A stretch of DNA of 64,000 bases from a virus (lineage: Duplodnaviria; Heunggongvirae; Uroviricota; Caudoviricetes), in IMG/VR virus record IMGVR_UViG_3300037312_000757; one strand, 5' to 3'. Each line of letters starts with the position of its first letter. Position 1 is the stretch's first letter. The translations under genes and the position numbers were made by a program. The notes under the pieces were generated by a model. It was not told the DNA's origin. It worked only from the letters and a program-made list of their open reading frames with translations, and ran no database searches. Positions 48,640-57,391 of this stretch are shown one piece after another.

Positions 48640-50043
48640 ATGCGTTACAACGAAATTTTAAATGAACTGAAGATGAACCCGGGCCATTTGGCAAAGTTTG
48701 CAGCCAAATCAGGTGATGAAATCGTAGGTGGCTTCGAAGCAGAATGTATTTTGGCTGACGTCCGTGATGCGGAAAGTGGACCAGATTATTCTGTGGATGG
48801 ACGCTTTGGCTACCGAGTTGACATGAGTGACATGGAATCATTCTTTGAGCTAGATTCACGCACTGATGCTGGTATGCGTAAACTTGAGCAAAGTTACGAC
48901 GAATGGAAAGAATCATCGGTCAAAAACTTCATCGACGAACACGTTGAAGATTTGGCTACGGAAATGGCTGAGGATCACAACCATCGTCATGATGAAGAAG
49001 ATCACATGGATCCCAAGGAGTTCGAATATGAAGCTCGTGAAGAGCTCAAAGATCGTGCAGAAAACAAGTTGGATTTGAGCTTGCATCAGTTCCTTTGGGA
49101 ACATGGCCATATCACTGATTGGCGTGAAGTATCAGATGAATTCGATATTCCTTGGCCGCATATGCTTGAAGCTCCTGATGGTTCTGCGTGGGATGAAGAC
49201 ATTGCTTTGGATGCCGCAGAACAGTTGAAACGATATCTGAGTAAACCAATCAAAGTCAATAACGAGTATCATGGTGAACGCAAGGCTGGTTCCTACCACA
49301 TTGAACCAGACACCAGTTTGACACCAGAAGATGGGACCGATATGGGCATCGAAATCGTTAGTCCCCCTATGAAATTGGACGAGATGATCGAAGATCTCGA
49401 GAACGTCATGCAGTTCATCGACTTCAACGCGTACACGAACGATTCCACTGGTTTGCACATCAACCTAAGTATTCCTAACACCGAGGTTGATTACACTAAG
49501 CTGGTTTTGTTCATGGGTGATGCTCATGTTCTCCAAACTTTTGGACGTCAAGCGAACACATATGCTCAGAGTTCATTACGTGACTTGAATGGATTAGTGC
49601 AGCGAGGTGAAGCGAGTCGTGCGTTTGATCTGTTAAAACAGGGGTTGCTTGATACTGCTGGTAAAACGTTGCGCGATAGAAATTTGGGCAAATATTTCAG
49701 CGTCAACATGCAATCTGGTTATGTTGAATTCCGTAGTATTGGTGGTGACTACATTATCATGTGGAACGATATCAAGAACACAATTCTTCGATTTGCTCAG
49801 GCATTGAAGGTGGCTACTGATCCAATGGCAGAACGTAAAGAGTACGCATTAAAGCTCTACAAGCTTCTGTCACAAGGCGGAAAGTATGATGGATACAAGG
49901 ACGCAGTCCAGGTATTCTCAATGTATGGAAGTGGAGTGCTGTCGAAAGACAAGATGCGCGAATACTTGCGTACCCGCGCACAGGATAGAAATACTATGAA
50001 GCAGACGTTGTTGAGTCCTGACCAGCAGCAGTTGAAGCAGTAG
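48640..50043 (+). CDS. putative amidoligase (COOH-NH2 ligase-like)
   Basis: GFEAE, IEPDTSL, EIVSPP, TGLHIN, VEFR; TAAATA upstream. Confidence 0.8.
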   Translation: MRYNEILNELKMNPGHLAKFAAKSGDEIVGGFEAECILADVRDAESGPDYSVDGRFGYRVDMSDMESFFELDSRTDAGMRKLEQSYDEWKESSVKNFIDEHVEDLATEMAEDHNHRHDEEDHMDPKEFEYEAREELKDRAENKLDLSLHQFLWEHGHITDWREVSDEFDIPWPHMLEAPDGSAWDEDIALDAAEQLKRYLSKPIKVNNEYHGERKAGSYHIEPDTSLTPEDGTDMGIEIVSPPMKLDEMIEDLENVMQFIDFNAYTNDSTGLHINLSIPNTEVDYTKLVLFMGDAHVLQTFGRQANTYAQSSLRDLNGLVQRGEASRAFDLLKQGLLDTAGKTLRDRNLGKYFSVNMQSGYVEFRSIGGDYIIMWNDIKNTILRFAQALKVATDPMAERKEYALKLYKLLSQGGKYDGYKDAVQVFSMYGSGVLSKDKMREYLRTRAQDRNTMKQTLLSPDQQQLKQ

Positions 50044-50506
50044 TCGTATCAGTAGTCGAAGCAGCCGTTGTTGAATCAGCGGCTGTCGTCGTTTCTGGCG
50101 GGGTTGTGGTGCCTTCAGATGTGACAGTAGAGGTCGTACCGTCATCCTTTGTCACAGTACCGGTAATAGTAGGCTGAACAATCGTACTGGCTTGCGCAGC
50201 AGCCATTTGGCCGGCTGATACGGTTTGAGACGTGATCGTTGGTATTTGTGTCTTCAGCACTGGGGTAACAGCAACGGTGCAATCCTTGCTTACAAAGGTG
50301 GCCATACTGATAGGTGAATCCTTTGGATCAACATAGGTATAGTCAGCCAATGCGGTAGTCAGGGCATCCAAGTCTGTCAGTGAACCGCTCGACATTTCAC
50401 ACTTGGTACCACCATTACCATCACTTTCATAGAGCATGAAATAAATGGTTGCAACACCAACTTCAATCTGTGATGCGAAAATTGTTTGGAGATCAGTCTT
50501 TGTCAT
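49994..50506 (-). CDS. hypothetical protein with Thr/Ser-rich tail
   Basis: GAGG RBS; low-complexity C-terminus. Confidence 0.65.
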   Translation of the reverse strand: MTKTDLQTIFASQIEVGVATIYFMLYESDGNGGTKCEMSSGSLTDLDALTTALADYTYVDPKDSPISMATFVSKDCTVAVTPVLKTQIPTITSQTVSAGQMAAAQASTIVQPTITGTVTKDDGTTSTVTSEGTTTPPETTTAADSTTAASTTDTTTASTAAGQDSTTSAS

Positions 50507-50530
50507 ATCAACCTCAAATTGTATGATTAT

Positions 50531-51874
50531 TTAGCGACCGATTGCCATGTACATAAAGCCAAGATCAGTAAGCATTTCAGGCTCAAACAAGTTCCGACCA
50601 TCGAAGATCGCCGCTTCGCGCATACGTTCCTTCAGAACCTTGAAATCTGGTGACTTGAATTCCTTCCACTCTGTCACAATAAACAGACCACACACATCGT
50701 ACGCCGCATCATTTGCATAGCTGCAGAAGTCGATACGTGTGAGCTCTTCGGCAGTCAGATCGAGTGCCAACACACGTTTTGCTTCATCAGTGGCCACAGG
50801 ATCGTAGACACGGACCTTACAACCAAGATCCAACAAGTCCTTGATGATTGTGCGACTTGGTGCTTCGCGCATGTCATCTGTGCCTGGCTTGAAGGCAAGA
50901 CCCCAGATTGCCAACGTCTTACCGGCAATCGACTCGCCATAATAACGCTTTGCCTTCTCAACCAGGATATGCTTCTGTTCCTCGTTGACTTGCTCAACGG
51001 CCTGCAGAATGCGTAGATCGACGCCATTGCTGTCTGCCGTTCGAATCAATGCCTGGACGTCCTTTGGGAAACAAGAGCCTCCATACCCGCATCCAGCGTA
51101 CAGGAAGTGATATCCAATGCGAGGGTCGGATCCAATTCCACGACGTACTGATTCAATGTCAACATCAGTAGCCTCAGCCAAACGTGACAATTCGTTCATA
51201 AACGAAATACGTGTGGCGAGCATGGAATTTGCTGCGTACTTTGTGAATTCGGCCGAGCGAATGTCCATCGTGATGATGCGGTCGTGGTTGCGGTTGAATG
51301 GTGCATACAACTGCTTCATCATGTCAAGCGCTTTGGTCGCATTGGGGTTGGCACCAAGAATGATGCGATCAGGACGCATGCAGTCATCAATAGCCGCACC
51401 TTCTTTCAGGAATTCCGGGTTGGACACAACATCGTAGTCAACCGAGAAGTTGCGCCTCAGCAGTTCACCCATAATCGCGTCCTTGACTCTGTCACCTGTA
51501 CCAACTGGCACGGTCGACTTGTTGACAACCACTTTGTATCCGAGCATGTGTTTGCCAATGTTCTTTGCCGCGTGCAAGACATACTTCAAATCAGCTGAGC
51601 CGTCTTCATCTGGTGGGGTACCAACTGCGATGAATTGAACGTCGCCGTGTTCAACGCTTTCTTCGATGTTGGTTGTAAACCGGAGCTTACCACGTTCAAC
51701 GTTGCTCTTGATCAGTGCATCAAGCCCTGGTTCGAAAATTGGTACACCACCGTTGTTTAGGATATCGATCTTTCGATGGTCAAGATCAAGACACAATACG
51801 TCGTTGCCAACTTCAGCCAAACATACGCCAGTCACGAGGCCAACGTAGCCCGTTCCAATCACTGTTACTTTCAT
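50531..51874 (-). CDS. ugd: UDP-glucose 6-dehydrogenase
   Basis: [42 protein letters not shown]. Confidence 0.97.
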   Translation of the reverse strand: MKVTVIGTGYVGLVTGVCLAEVGNDVLCLDLDHRKIDILNNGGVPIFEPGLDALIKSNVERGKLRFTTNIEESVEHGDVQFIAVGTPPDEDGSADLKYVLHAAKNIGKHMLGYKVVVNKSTVPVGTGDRVKDAIMGELLRRNFSVDYDVVSNPEFLKEGAAIDDCMRPDRIILGANPNATKALDMMKQLYAPFNRNHDRIITMDIRSAEFTKYAANSMLATRISFMNELSRLAEATDVDIESVRRGIGSDPRIGYHFLYAGCGYGGSCFPKDVQALIRTADSNGVDLRILQAVEQVNEEQKHILVEKAKRYYGESIAGKTLAIWGLAFKPGTDDMREAPSRTIIKDLLDLGCKVRVYDPVATDEAKRVLALDLTAEELTRIDFCSYANDAAYDVCGLFIVTEWKEFKSPDFKVLKERMREAAIFDGRNLFEPEMLTDLGFMYMAIGR

Positions 51875-52036
51875 TGTTATTCTCTTGGGATGGAGAGGTT
51901 AAGTGCTTGTATGGTAACGCATTTATGCCAGAAAGAATATTATAAAAATGTTACAGAGGGTGGCAACCGTGTAATAAAACCGTAACATGCCATTCATAAA
52001 ATACGGTTGCCAATTCGTAATGGCTACCGGACCCAT

Positions 52037-52882
52037 ATGAAACCAAAACTTAATCACTTCCGTTCGATCTTTGTATCGGACATACACCTTGGCACACGCG
52101 GCTGTCAGGCAGAACTACTAAATGATTTCCTCAAGAATCATAGCTGCGACAATCTCTATTTGATCGGCGACATCATTGATGGCTGGCGCATGAAGAAGAA
52201 ATTCTTCTGGGCGGAGTCACACAACCTTGTCATCCGTCAAGTCATCAACAAGCAACGTCACGGTTCAAACATCATCTACGTGGCGGGTAACCATGACGAG
52301 TTCCTGCGCCCGTGGCTTAACCACATTGCCATCGAAGGCATTGAGATCGTCGATGATTATGAGCATATCGGTGTTGATGGTAAGCGTTACCTTGTCACAC
52401 ACGGTGACTTGTTTGATGGCGTCACAAAGCTCGCCCCGTGGTTGTCCAAACTGGGCGACAGCGCATATGACTTCCTGATCTGGTTGAATCGCCACTTCAA
52501 CAAGGCGCGCAACTTGTTCGGTCTGCGTTACTGGTCGTTGAGCGCGTATCTGAAAAAGAACGTGAAGAAGTCGCTTGAATTTATTTTTGATTTTGAAAAG
52601 AATTTGGCCGATTACTGCAAAGCACAAGGCTACGATGGAGTTCTGTGTGGGCACATTCACACTGGGGACATCAAGCATATAAACGGAATTGTTTATATGA
52701 ACGATTCTGATTGGGTTGAAAGCTGTGGCTGTATTGTTGAAGATATGAATGGTAACTTCATTTATCATTCATATGCAAATGGCAAATTAGAACCTATAAA
52801 GTTACTAGACATCCAGACGAATCAAATACTAGAAGGCGATGCTTTAACCCTTTTTCTTGAACAGCGGCAAGCTTCGTATTAA
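52037..52882 (+). CDS. metallophosphoesterase, PlcP / UDP-2,3-diacylglucosamine hydrolase-like
   Basis: SDIHLG, GDIIDGW, GNHDE, HGDLFD, WSLS.YLK, CGHIH, DWVES. Confidence 0.88.
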   Translation: MKPKLNHFRSIFVSDIHLGTRGCQAELLNDFLKNHSCDNLYLIGDIIDGWRMKKKFFWAESHNLVIRQVINKQRHGSNIIYVAGNHDEFLRPWLNHIAIEGIEIVDDYEHIGVDGKRYLVTHGDLFDGVTKLAPWLSKLGDSAYDFLIWLNRHFNKARNLFGLRYWSLSAYLKKNVKKSLEFIFDFEKNLADYCKAQGYDGVLCGHIHTGDIKHINGIVYMNDSDWVESCGCIVEDMNGNFIYHSYANGKLEPIKLLDIQTNQILEGDALTLFLEQRQASY

Positions 52883-53755
52883 TGCGATATACGTCGACTT
52901 CGTGGGTATATGTGCTTTTGATTTCTATTACCAAATTATCTTTTGGAATGAAGAAATCGGGATAATATCTATGAGTCGATGTTTCAAATTCATAATAAAT
53001 TTCTGGTATGTCTTTCTTAGCAACCAATATCTCGTTTTCATGATATTCAGCTAACAAATACGCCATACCAAACCAAACGGCTCATATCCTTGCAATTCTA
53101 TTACTTGACCGGAAGGTAATGTGAATTTATGACGTTTCTTGTAACGGTTATAACACATAGTTTCGGCGATTTCTGGTATATGCGAATTATGCCTTACTCC
53201 ATATTTTGCTAACATGAAATGTGAATTGTTGCCAAAATTATGTGATCTACCATAATTTTCAAGCATTGTTCGTTCTTTCTGAACTTTCACATCCTCTCGT
53301 TGACTCACAAATTCTACACCGTAATTCTCCAACATGAAATCTTTTATCTTTTCTTTTGTTGAATTCAGTTGGAATGGATTTGTAACACCATACTTTTGCA
53401 AACAGGTATTTTTCGCCAGCTTCGGAATCTGTTGTTGGCTAACAGCAAAGCTTGAATAAACGGTGTAACCACTCGCGAAACCAGGTAGCCATTCAATTAT
53501 TTCTAGCCTCCCTGATTCTTTGAATTGCCTTGGTAGACCTGATACTGGGCATAGTGGAACAATTTTTGTTCCCTTGCAGAAATGCCAAAGTTTACGATTA
53601 AATGTCCAATCTTCCGGTAAATCATCCAATTTAAAATATTGGTGAAGTTCATTGATCCAAGTTTGTCTTGACAGAGCAAAAGCTTTTCTTCGTTTAAGGT
53701 TGGTTCCAAACCAGAATTCTTTTATCAGTTCTTTGACTTCTTCTCGTGATTTCAT
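52794..53755 (-). pseudogene. frameshifted PD-(D/E)xK homing-endonuclease-like gene
   Basis: AT-rich; YGV repeats, QGYEPF, then YYPDFFIPKDNLVIEIKS in another frame; 5-nt duplication at 53068-53077. Confidence 0.75.
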
Positions 53756-53795
53756 AATATAATTGGCGAGCAAAACACAAATATAACATATAACA

Positions 53796-54818
53796 ATGAC
53801 ATACAAAAATCGACTGACGATCGTCAGTGACGCGTGGGATATTGAAGTAAACGGTGTAAAGCAAGTCAACGGTGTTATCACAACACTGAAGAATTGTATT
53901 CGTGAAGCTGAACAGGAAGGGTGGATTGTCACGGTGATCCATCCCGGAATGTTCAAACACTTCACCGCGCCTGGCTATCAAGATGTTATCATCTCGTTGC
54001 CGTTCGGTATTGGTAAGATGATTGAAGAAAGCTTGCCGGATCATATCCACATTGCAGTGGAAGGACCACTCGGTCTTGCTGCTCGTAACTGGTGCCGCAA
54101 GCATCAACGGCCGTACACAACGGCGTACCACACTAAATGGCCTGAGTTCCTCCAACACCTGTATGGTATCAAGCCTGACGTCACTGCCAAGGTGCTAAGA
54201 TGGTTCCATAAGGGGAGCGTGAGTGTCCTTACGACTACGGACACGATGGCACGAGAATTAAAGCAGAGCGGTATTACTGACCAGGCGGTGGCGTGGACTC
54301 GTGGTGTGGATGCAATCAACTTCACCAATCCACGTTATGAAAATACGATCGGCGAAAAGATCAAACTCGTTAGTGTTGGGCGAGTTAGCAAAGAGAAGAA
54401 TCTCGATGTGTTCTGCGGACTCAGCCCAGAAAGGTATGAGTTGACAGTTGTTGGTGACGGACCATACCGTGCAGAATTGCAAGCCAAATATCCTCACGTC
54501 AACTTTGTTGGTATGAAGAAAGGTGCTGAGCTTGCTGATGAATATCGCAATGCTGATGTGATGGTGTTCACCAGCCTTGCAGATACGTTTGGCTTGGTCA
54601 TGATCGAGGCCATGTACTTGGGCACACCCGTTGCAGCGTTTGGCGTCACTGGTCCGGTTGACGTTATCACCCCGGGTGTTACAGGTTGCATGAGCAATGA
54701 CATCGAACTTGCTATCTACGGTGCGACCAAACTTGATCGCAAAATATGCGCTGATTATGCACGAGAACAGTGGACTTGGAATAACGCATGGCACATCATG
54801 CGAGATAATCTGGTTTGA
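53796..54818 (+). CDS. GT4 glycosyltransferase (Agt-like)
   Basis: DAW...QVNGV..TL, HIAVEGPLG, YHTKWPE, WTRGVD, VGRVSKEKN, DTFGLVMIEA. Confidence 0.92.
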   Translation: MTYKNRLTIVSDAWDIEVNGVKQVNGVITTLKNCIREAEQEGWIVTVIHPGMFKHFTAPGYQDVIISLPFGIGKMIEESLPDHIHIAVEGPLGLAARNWCRKHQRPYTTAYHTKWPEFLQHLYGIKPDVTAKVLRWFHKGSVSVLTTTDTMARELKQSGITDQAVAWTRGVDAINFTNPRYENTIGEKIKLVSVGRVSKEKNLDVFCGLSPERYELTVVGDGPYRAELQAKYPHVNFVGMKKGAELADEYRNADVMVFTSLADTFGLVMIEAMYLGTPVAAFGVTGPVDVITPGVTGCMSNDIELAIYGATKLDRKICADYAREQWTWNNAWHIMRDNLV

Positions 54819-54846
54819 AAAAGGCGGAGCAAACGCTCCGCCTTTT
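54818..54846. terminator. bidirectional terminator
   Basis: AAAAAGGCGGAGC-AAAC-GCTCCGCCTTTT. Confidence 0.8.
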
Positions 54847-54849
54847 ATT

Positions 54850-54926
54850 TGGTGCCTCGAGAGGGAATTGAACCCCCGACCTCACGGTTTCGGAAACCGG
54901 CGCTCTATCCACTGAGCTACCGAGGC
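54850..54926 (-). tRNA. tRNA-Arg(CCG)
   Basis: GCCTCGG acceptor, GGA with A20, TT-CCG-AA loop, TTCAATT, ACCA end. Confidence 0.9.
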
Positions 54927-55195
54927 TTTGATGTTCTGAAAAACTTCCACCACACAATCAGCGTAGCTTGAGCAAGCTGCAGGTGCGTCATGTACATCAA
55001 CGCTATCTTGCTTGGTGCATATGAGTCAAAAGGCGGAGATGACAATTCAGTTATCAACGTCGTCAACTGCTCAGGCTGAAACTCCATATTACCTTCTGCT
55101 ACGTTGCGCACCACACGCTCTTGCGGATCACAAGGACACAAACCATTCGTGCCCTCGCACACGCAACCGCACGGTGTATCCCAGATGGAGTTCAT
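54917..55195 (-). CDS. hypothetical Cys-cluster protein
   Basis: CGCVC...CPC; ATGA overlap. Confidence 0.55.
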   Translation of the reverse strand: MNSIWDTPCGCVCEGTNGLCPCDPQERVVRNVAEGNMEFQPEQLTTLITELSSPPFDSYAPSKIALMYMTHLQLAQATLIVWWKFFRTSKPR

Positions 55196-55488
55196 ACTTT
55201 CCGATCATTCTCGGTGTTGTAGAATCCCATAGTCCAGACCACTTCGTCGGGCTTCAGGTCATCGAAATCGTCCGTCGTTTCTTCGATGTACGTGATGATG
55301 TATGGCAGCTTGATATACTTGCTGTCGATACAACGCTGCTTCAACTCCTTGATCTTTTCGAACTTGGGTTGAGTGGCGAACTGAAAGTGCAGCATTTCAG
55401 AATCGTACGTCACATCGACCGGATCGAGACCAACCGCAATTGCTTGCGCGTGGCCCCATTTCTGCATGTCTGAATGCGGATCGCTCAT
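55192..55488 (-). CDS. hypothetical protein
   Basis: GGAGG RBS; promoter with CGTTCATATGAACG palindrome. Confidence 0.7.
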   Translation of the reverse strand: MSDPHSDMQKWGHAQAIAVGLDPVDVTYDSEMLHFQFATQPKFEKIKELKQRCIDSKYIKLPYIITYIEETTDDFDDLKPDEVVWTMGFYNTENDRKV

Positions 55489-55548
55489 ACGAACCTCCGT
55501 TGTTTACCGTGCAACTATAGTACGTTCATATGAACGAAAACGCAAGCG

Positions 55549-56202
55549 TTAAGGTTGCACGTAACCACGCCACGTGAGGCTGATACGCGGCCCGCAGTTG
55601 TGACGGTCGCTCTTCGGGATACGATGGAAGTGCGTGTCCTGCATACCCGGAAGCATCAAGCACAGACTGCCGTGCCCCAGTCGCAGCTTGTAGGGCTCGC
55701 TGTAACGCAGTCGCAAAGCGGCGAGCTCGGTTGCATCCATCACGTCGCCGCGCAGCTTGAAGGCAGGATCTGCTTTCATTGCTTCATCGACCAATTCGGG
55801 ACGACGCTTGAACCAGATTTCGCGTTCCGCACCCAAGCTGATGATCGCAATTGAACGCGTATCATCCATTTCGGGACTGTCATCAGCATGGTAGCCGAGT
55901 TGATCGCTGCCATCCTCGTAACCGTTGAGGAAGCAAACTTCGTATGGTCCATGACCGTCTGCGTGCAGCTTCTCACGCATTTCCAGTACCTTGGGATGCC
56001 ACGGTGCGGGCTCGTAGGTACGAGCAAAGTCCTTCACGCCGTACGTGTAGGACGCTTCCACGAGGTTGTGATAGCATTCACGACGGGGCACTTTGTCATG
56101 CCGTACCCATTGCTCTTCAGCCCAGAGCGTCTGAAAGAGTTGGTCCGGCTCCGAAATATAGTTCGGAATGTAGACGATTGGCGTCCCGTTGAATGCTTCC
56201 AC
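55549..56202 (-). CDS. AlkB-family 2OG-Fe(II) dioxygenase
   Basis: N.YEDG.D.LGYHADD, IISLGAER, HRIPK, RISLTWR. Confidence 0.9.
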   Translation of the reverse strand: MEAFNGTPIVYIPNYISEPDQLFQTLWAEEQWVRHDKVPRRECYHNLVEASYTYGVKDFARTYEPAPWHPKVLEMREKLHADGHGPYEVCFLNGYEDGSDQLGYHADDSPEMDDTRSIAIISLGAEREIWFKRRPELVDEAMKADPAFKLRGDVMDATELAALRLRYSEPYKLRLGHGSLCLMLPGMQDTHFHRIPKSDRHNCGPRISLTWRGYVQP

Positions 56203-56321
56203 TTTTCACTCCTTTTTCAATTTGAAAGCGCTTTCCCTGACACTAAAGATCAGGCATGCAAACACAATCAGGCCAATGACTGGCAAGACCCGATTGACAA
56301 ACAATTCACTCATGAGGAAAA

Positions 56322-56624
56322 TCATTTGAAATGCCTCAATAGTTGATCCATCTTCGATCGAATGTTCTCAACGCCGACCGGGTTCTGGCTGTGAACGCTG
56401 TACTTGAAGTCAGCAGGAAACTTTAGTCTGCCCTCGACCAGCCCGTCTGTCATCCAGTTGATGACAAGAATTGAAGTGTCAGTGCCACCAAGATCGTGGT
56501 CGAATGCGATCTCATTTGGGATACCATTGTTCCAAATGAAATTTATTGCGTCTTCGCTCGTGCGAACAACCACCCAGTCGTCGGTGACAGGATCTCGTTC
56601 GTCGTCAATGAATAGTTTGCTCAT
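56322..56624 (-). CDS. cyclic-phosphate-processing receiver-like domain protein
   Basis: LFIDDERDP, VVRT, FDHDLG, VHSQNPVG. Confidence 0.8.
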   Translation of the reverse strand: MSKLFIDDERDPVTDDWVVVRTSEDAINFIWNNGIPNEIAFDHDLGGTDTSILVINWMTDGLVEGRLKFPADFKYSVHSQNPVGVENIRSKMDQLLRHFK

Positions 56625-56700
56625 AATGATCCGATGATAGCTTCATCTACCTCACAAATCAATAGAATGAACGAAGGACCCACGTAGGGTCCTTGTAAGT

Positions 56701-56980
56701 TGGCTCTGCAGGTGGGATTCGAACCCACAGCGAGAACGTTTCGCGAGGAATGAGCGCTCCCAGTGTTACCACGTACTCATGCATCACCCGCCGTTCCGGT
56801 CTTGCAAGACTTGCCAGGCTTCACCAACACAGCTTCGCACTTGGCCTAGAGGGAGTTTCACCCTCATCCTGTTACCTCTTTCGCGATAAGCCCCATGCTA
56901 CTAGGCGATGGCATACTTCGCTGGCGTTAGAGCAAGTGTACTGAGGCGAGCTACCGTACTTTCCTTTACACCACTGCAGA
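56701..56980 (-). ncRNA. 280-nt tRNA-like RNA with ~225-nt insert in place of the anticodon arm
   Basis: TCTGCAG/CTGCAGA acceptor + G-CCA, D arm with GG, GTGGG-TTCGAAT-CCCAC T arm; followed by a terminator-like hairpin. Confidence 0.8.
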
Positions 56981-57036
56981 ATAGAGTATTGATTATTGCG
57001 TAGATTCACACCGCAATCAATGCCTATTCACATAAG

Positions 57037-57360
57037 TTAAGCAGCAGGTGTAGATGATGTGGTACTGCTTGACAGGTCAGTCACAGAAACGGTGATACCA
57101 GCCTTGGTGCGACGGTCACTTTCAGTCTGCAACTGAGCAGCATACTTCGTGTTAATCGCGTCAATTTGTGGCTTGATTGAATCATCGTACCACTCAACGC
57201 GTGTACGAGTCAAACCATCAGCTGACCAATCGCAGGTGAAGTTGATTGGTAGATCGTTAAATTCAGTAATGTACGCTGCAAGGTCTGAACCTTGCCAGTC
57301 ACCGAACAGAACGTCAGTTGACGGACGTGTGTGAACGATTTGTGTCTTGATTGTAGCCAT
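57037..57360 (-). CDS. hypothetical late protein, probable paralog of 47196
   Basis: TAAATA upstream; RPSTDVLF...SADGLTRT. Confidence 0.7.
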   Translation of the reverse strand: MATIKTQIVHTRPSTDVLFGDWQGSDLAAYITEFNDLPINFTCDWSADGLTRTRVEWYDDSIKPQIDAINTKYAAQLQTESDRRTKAGITVSVTDLSSSTTSSTPAA

Positions 57361-57391
57361 GATATTTCCAGTGAGTTATTACGTTATTTAG

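Noticed and set aside
56701-56980. Canonical tmRNA, tRNA-Sec or UGA suppressor
   Set aside because: No Ala G3-U70 pair and no convincing tag ORF; the two TCA triplets in the insert are not in a 7-nt loop with U33; the acceptor is 7 bp, not 8.
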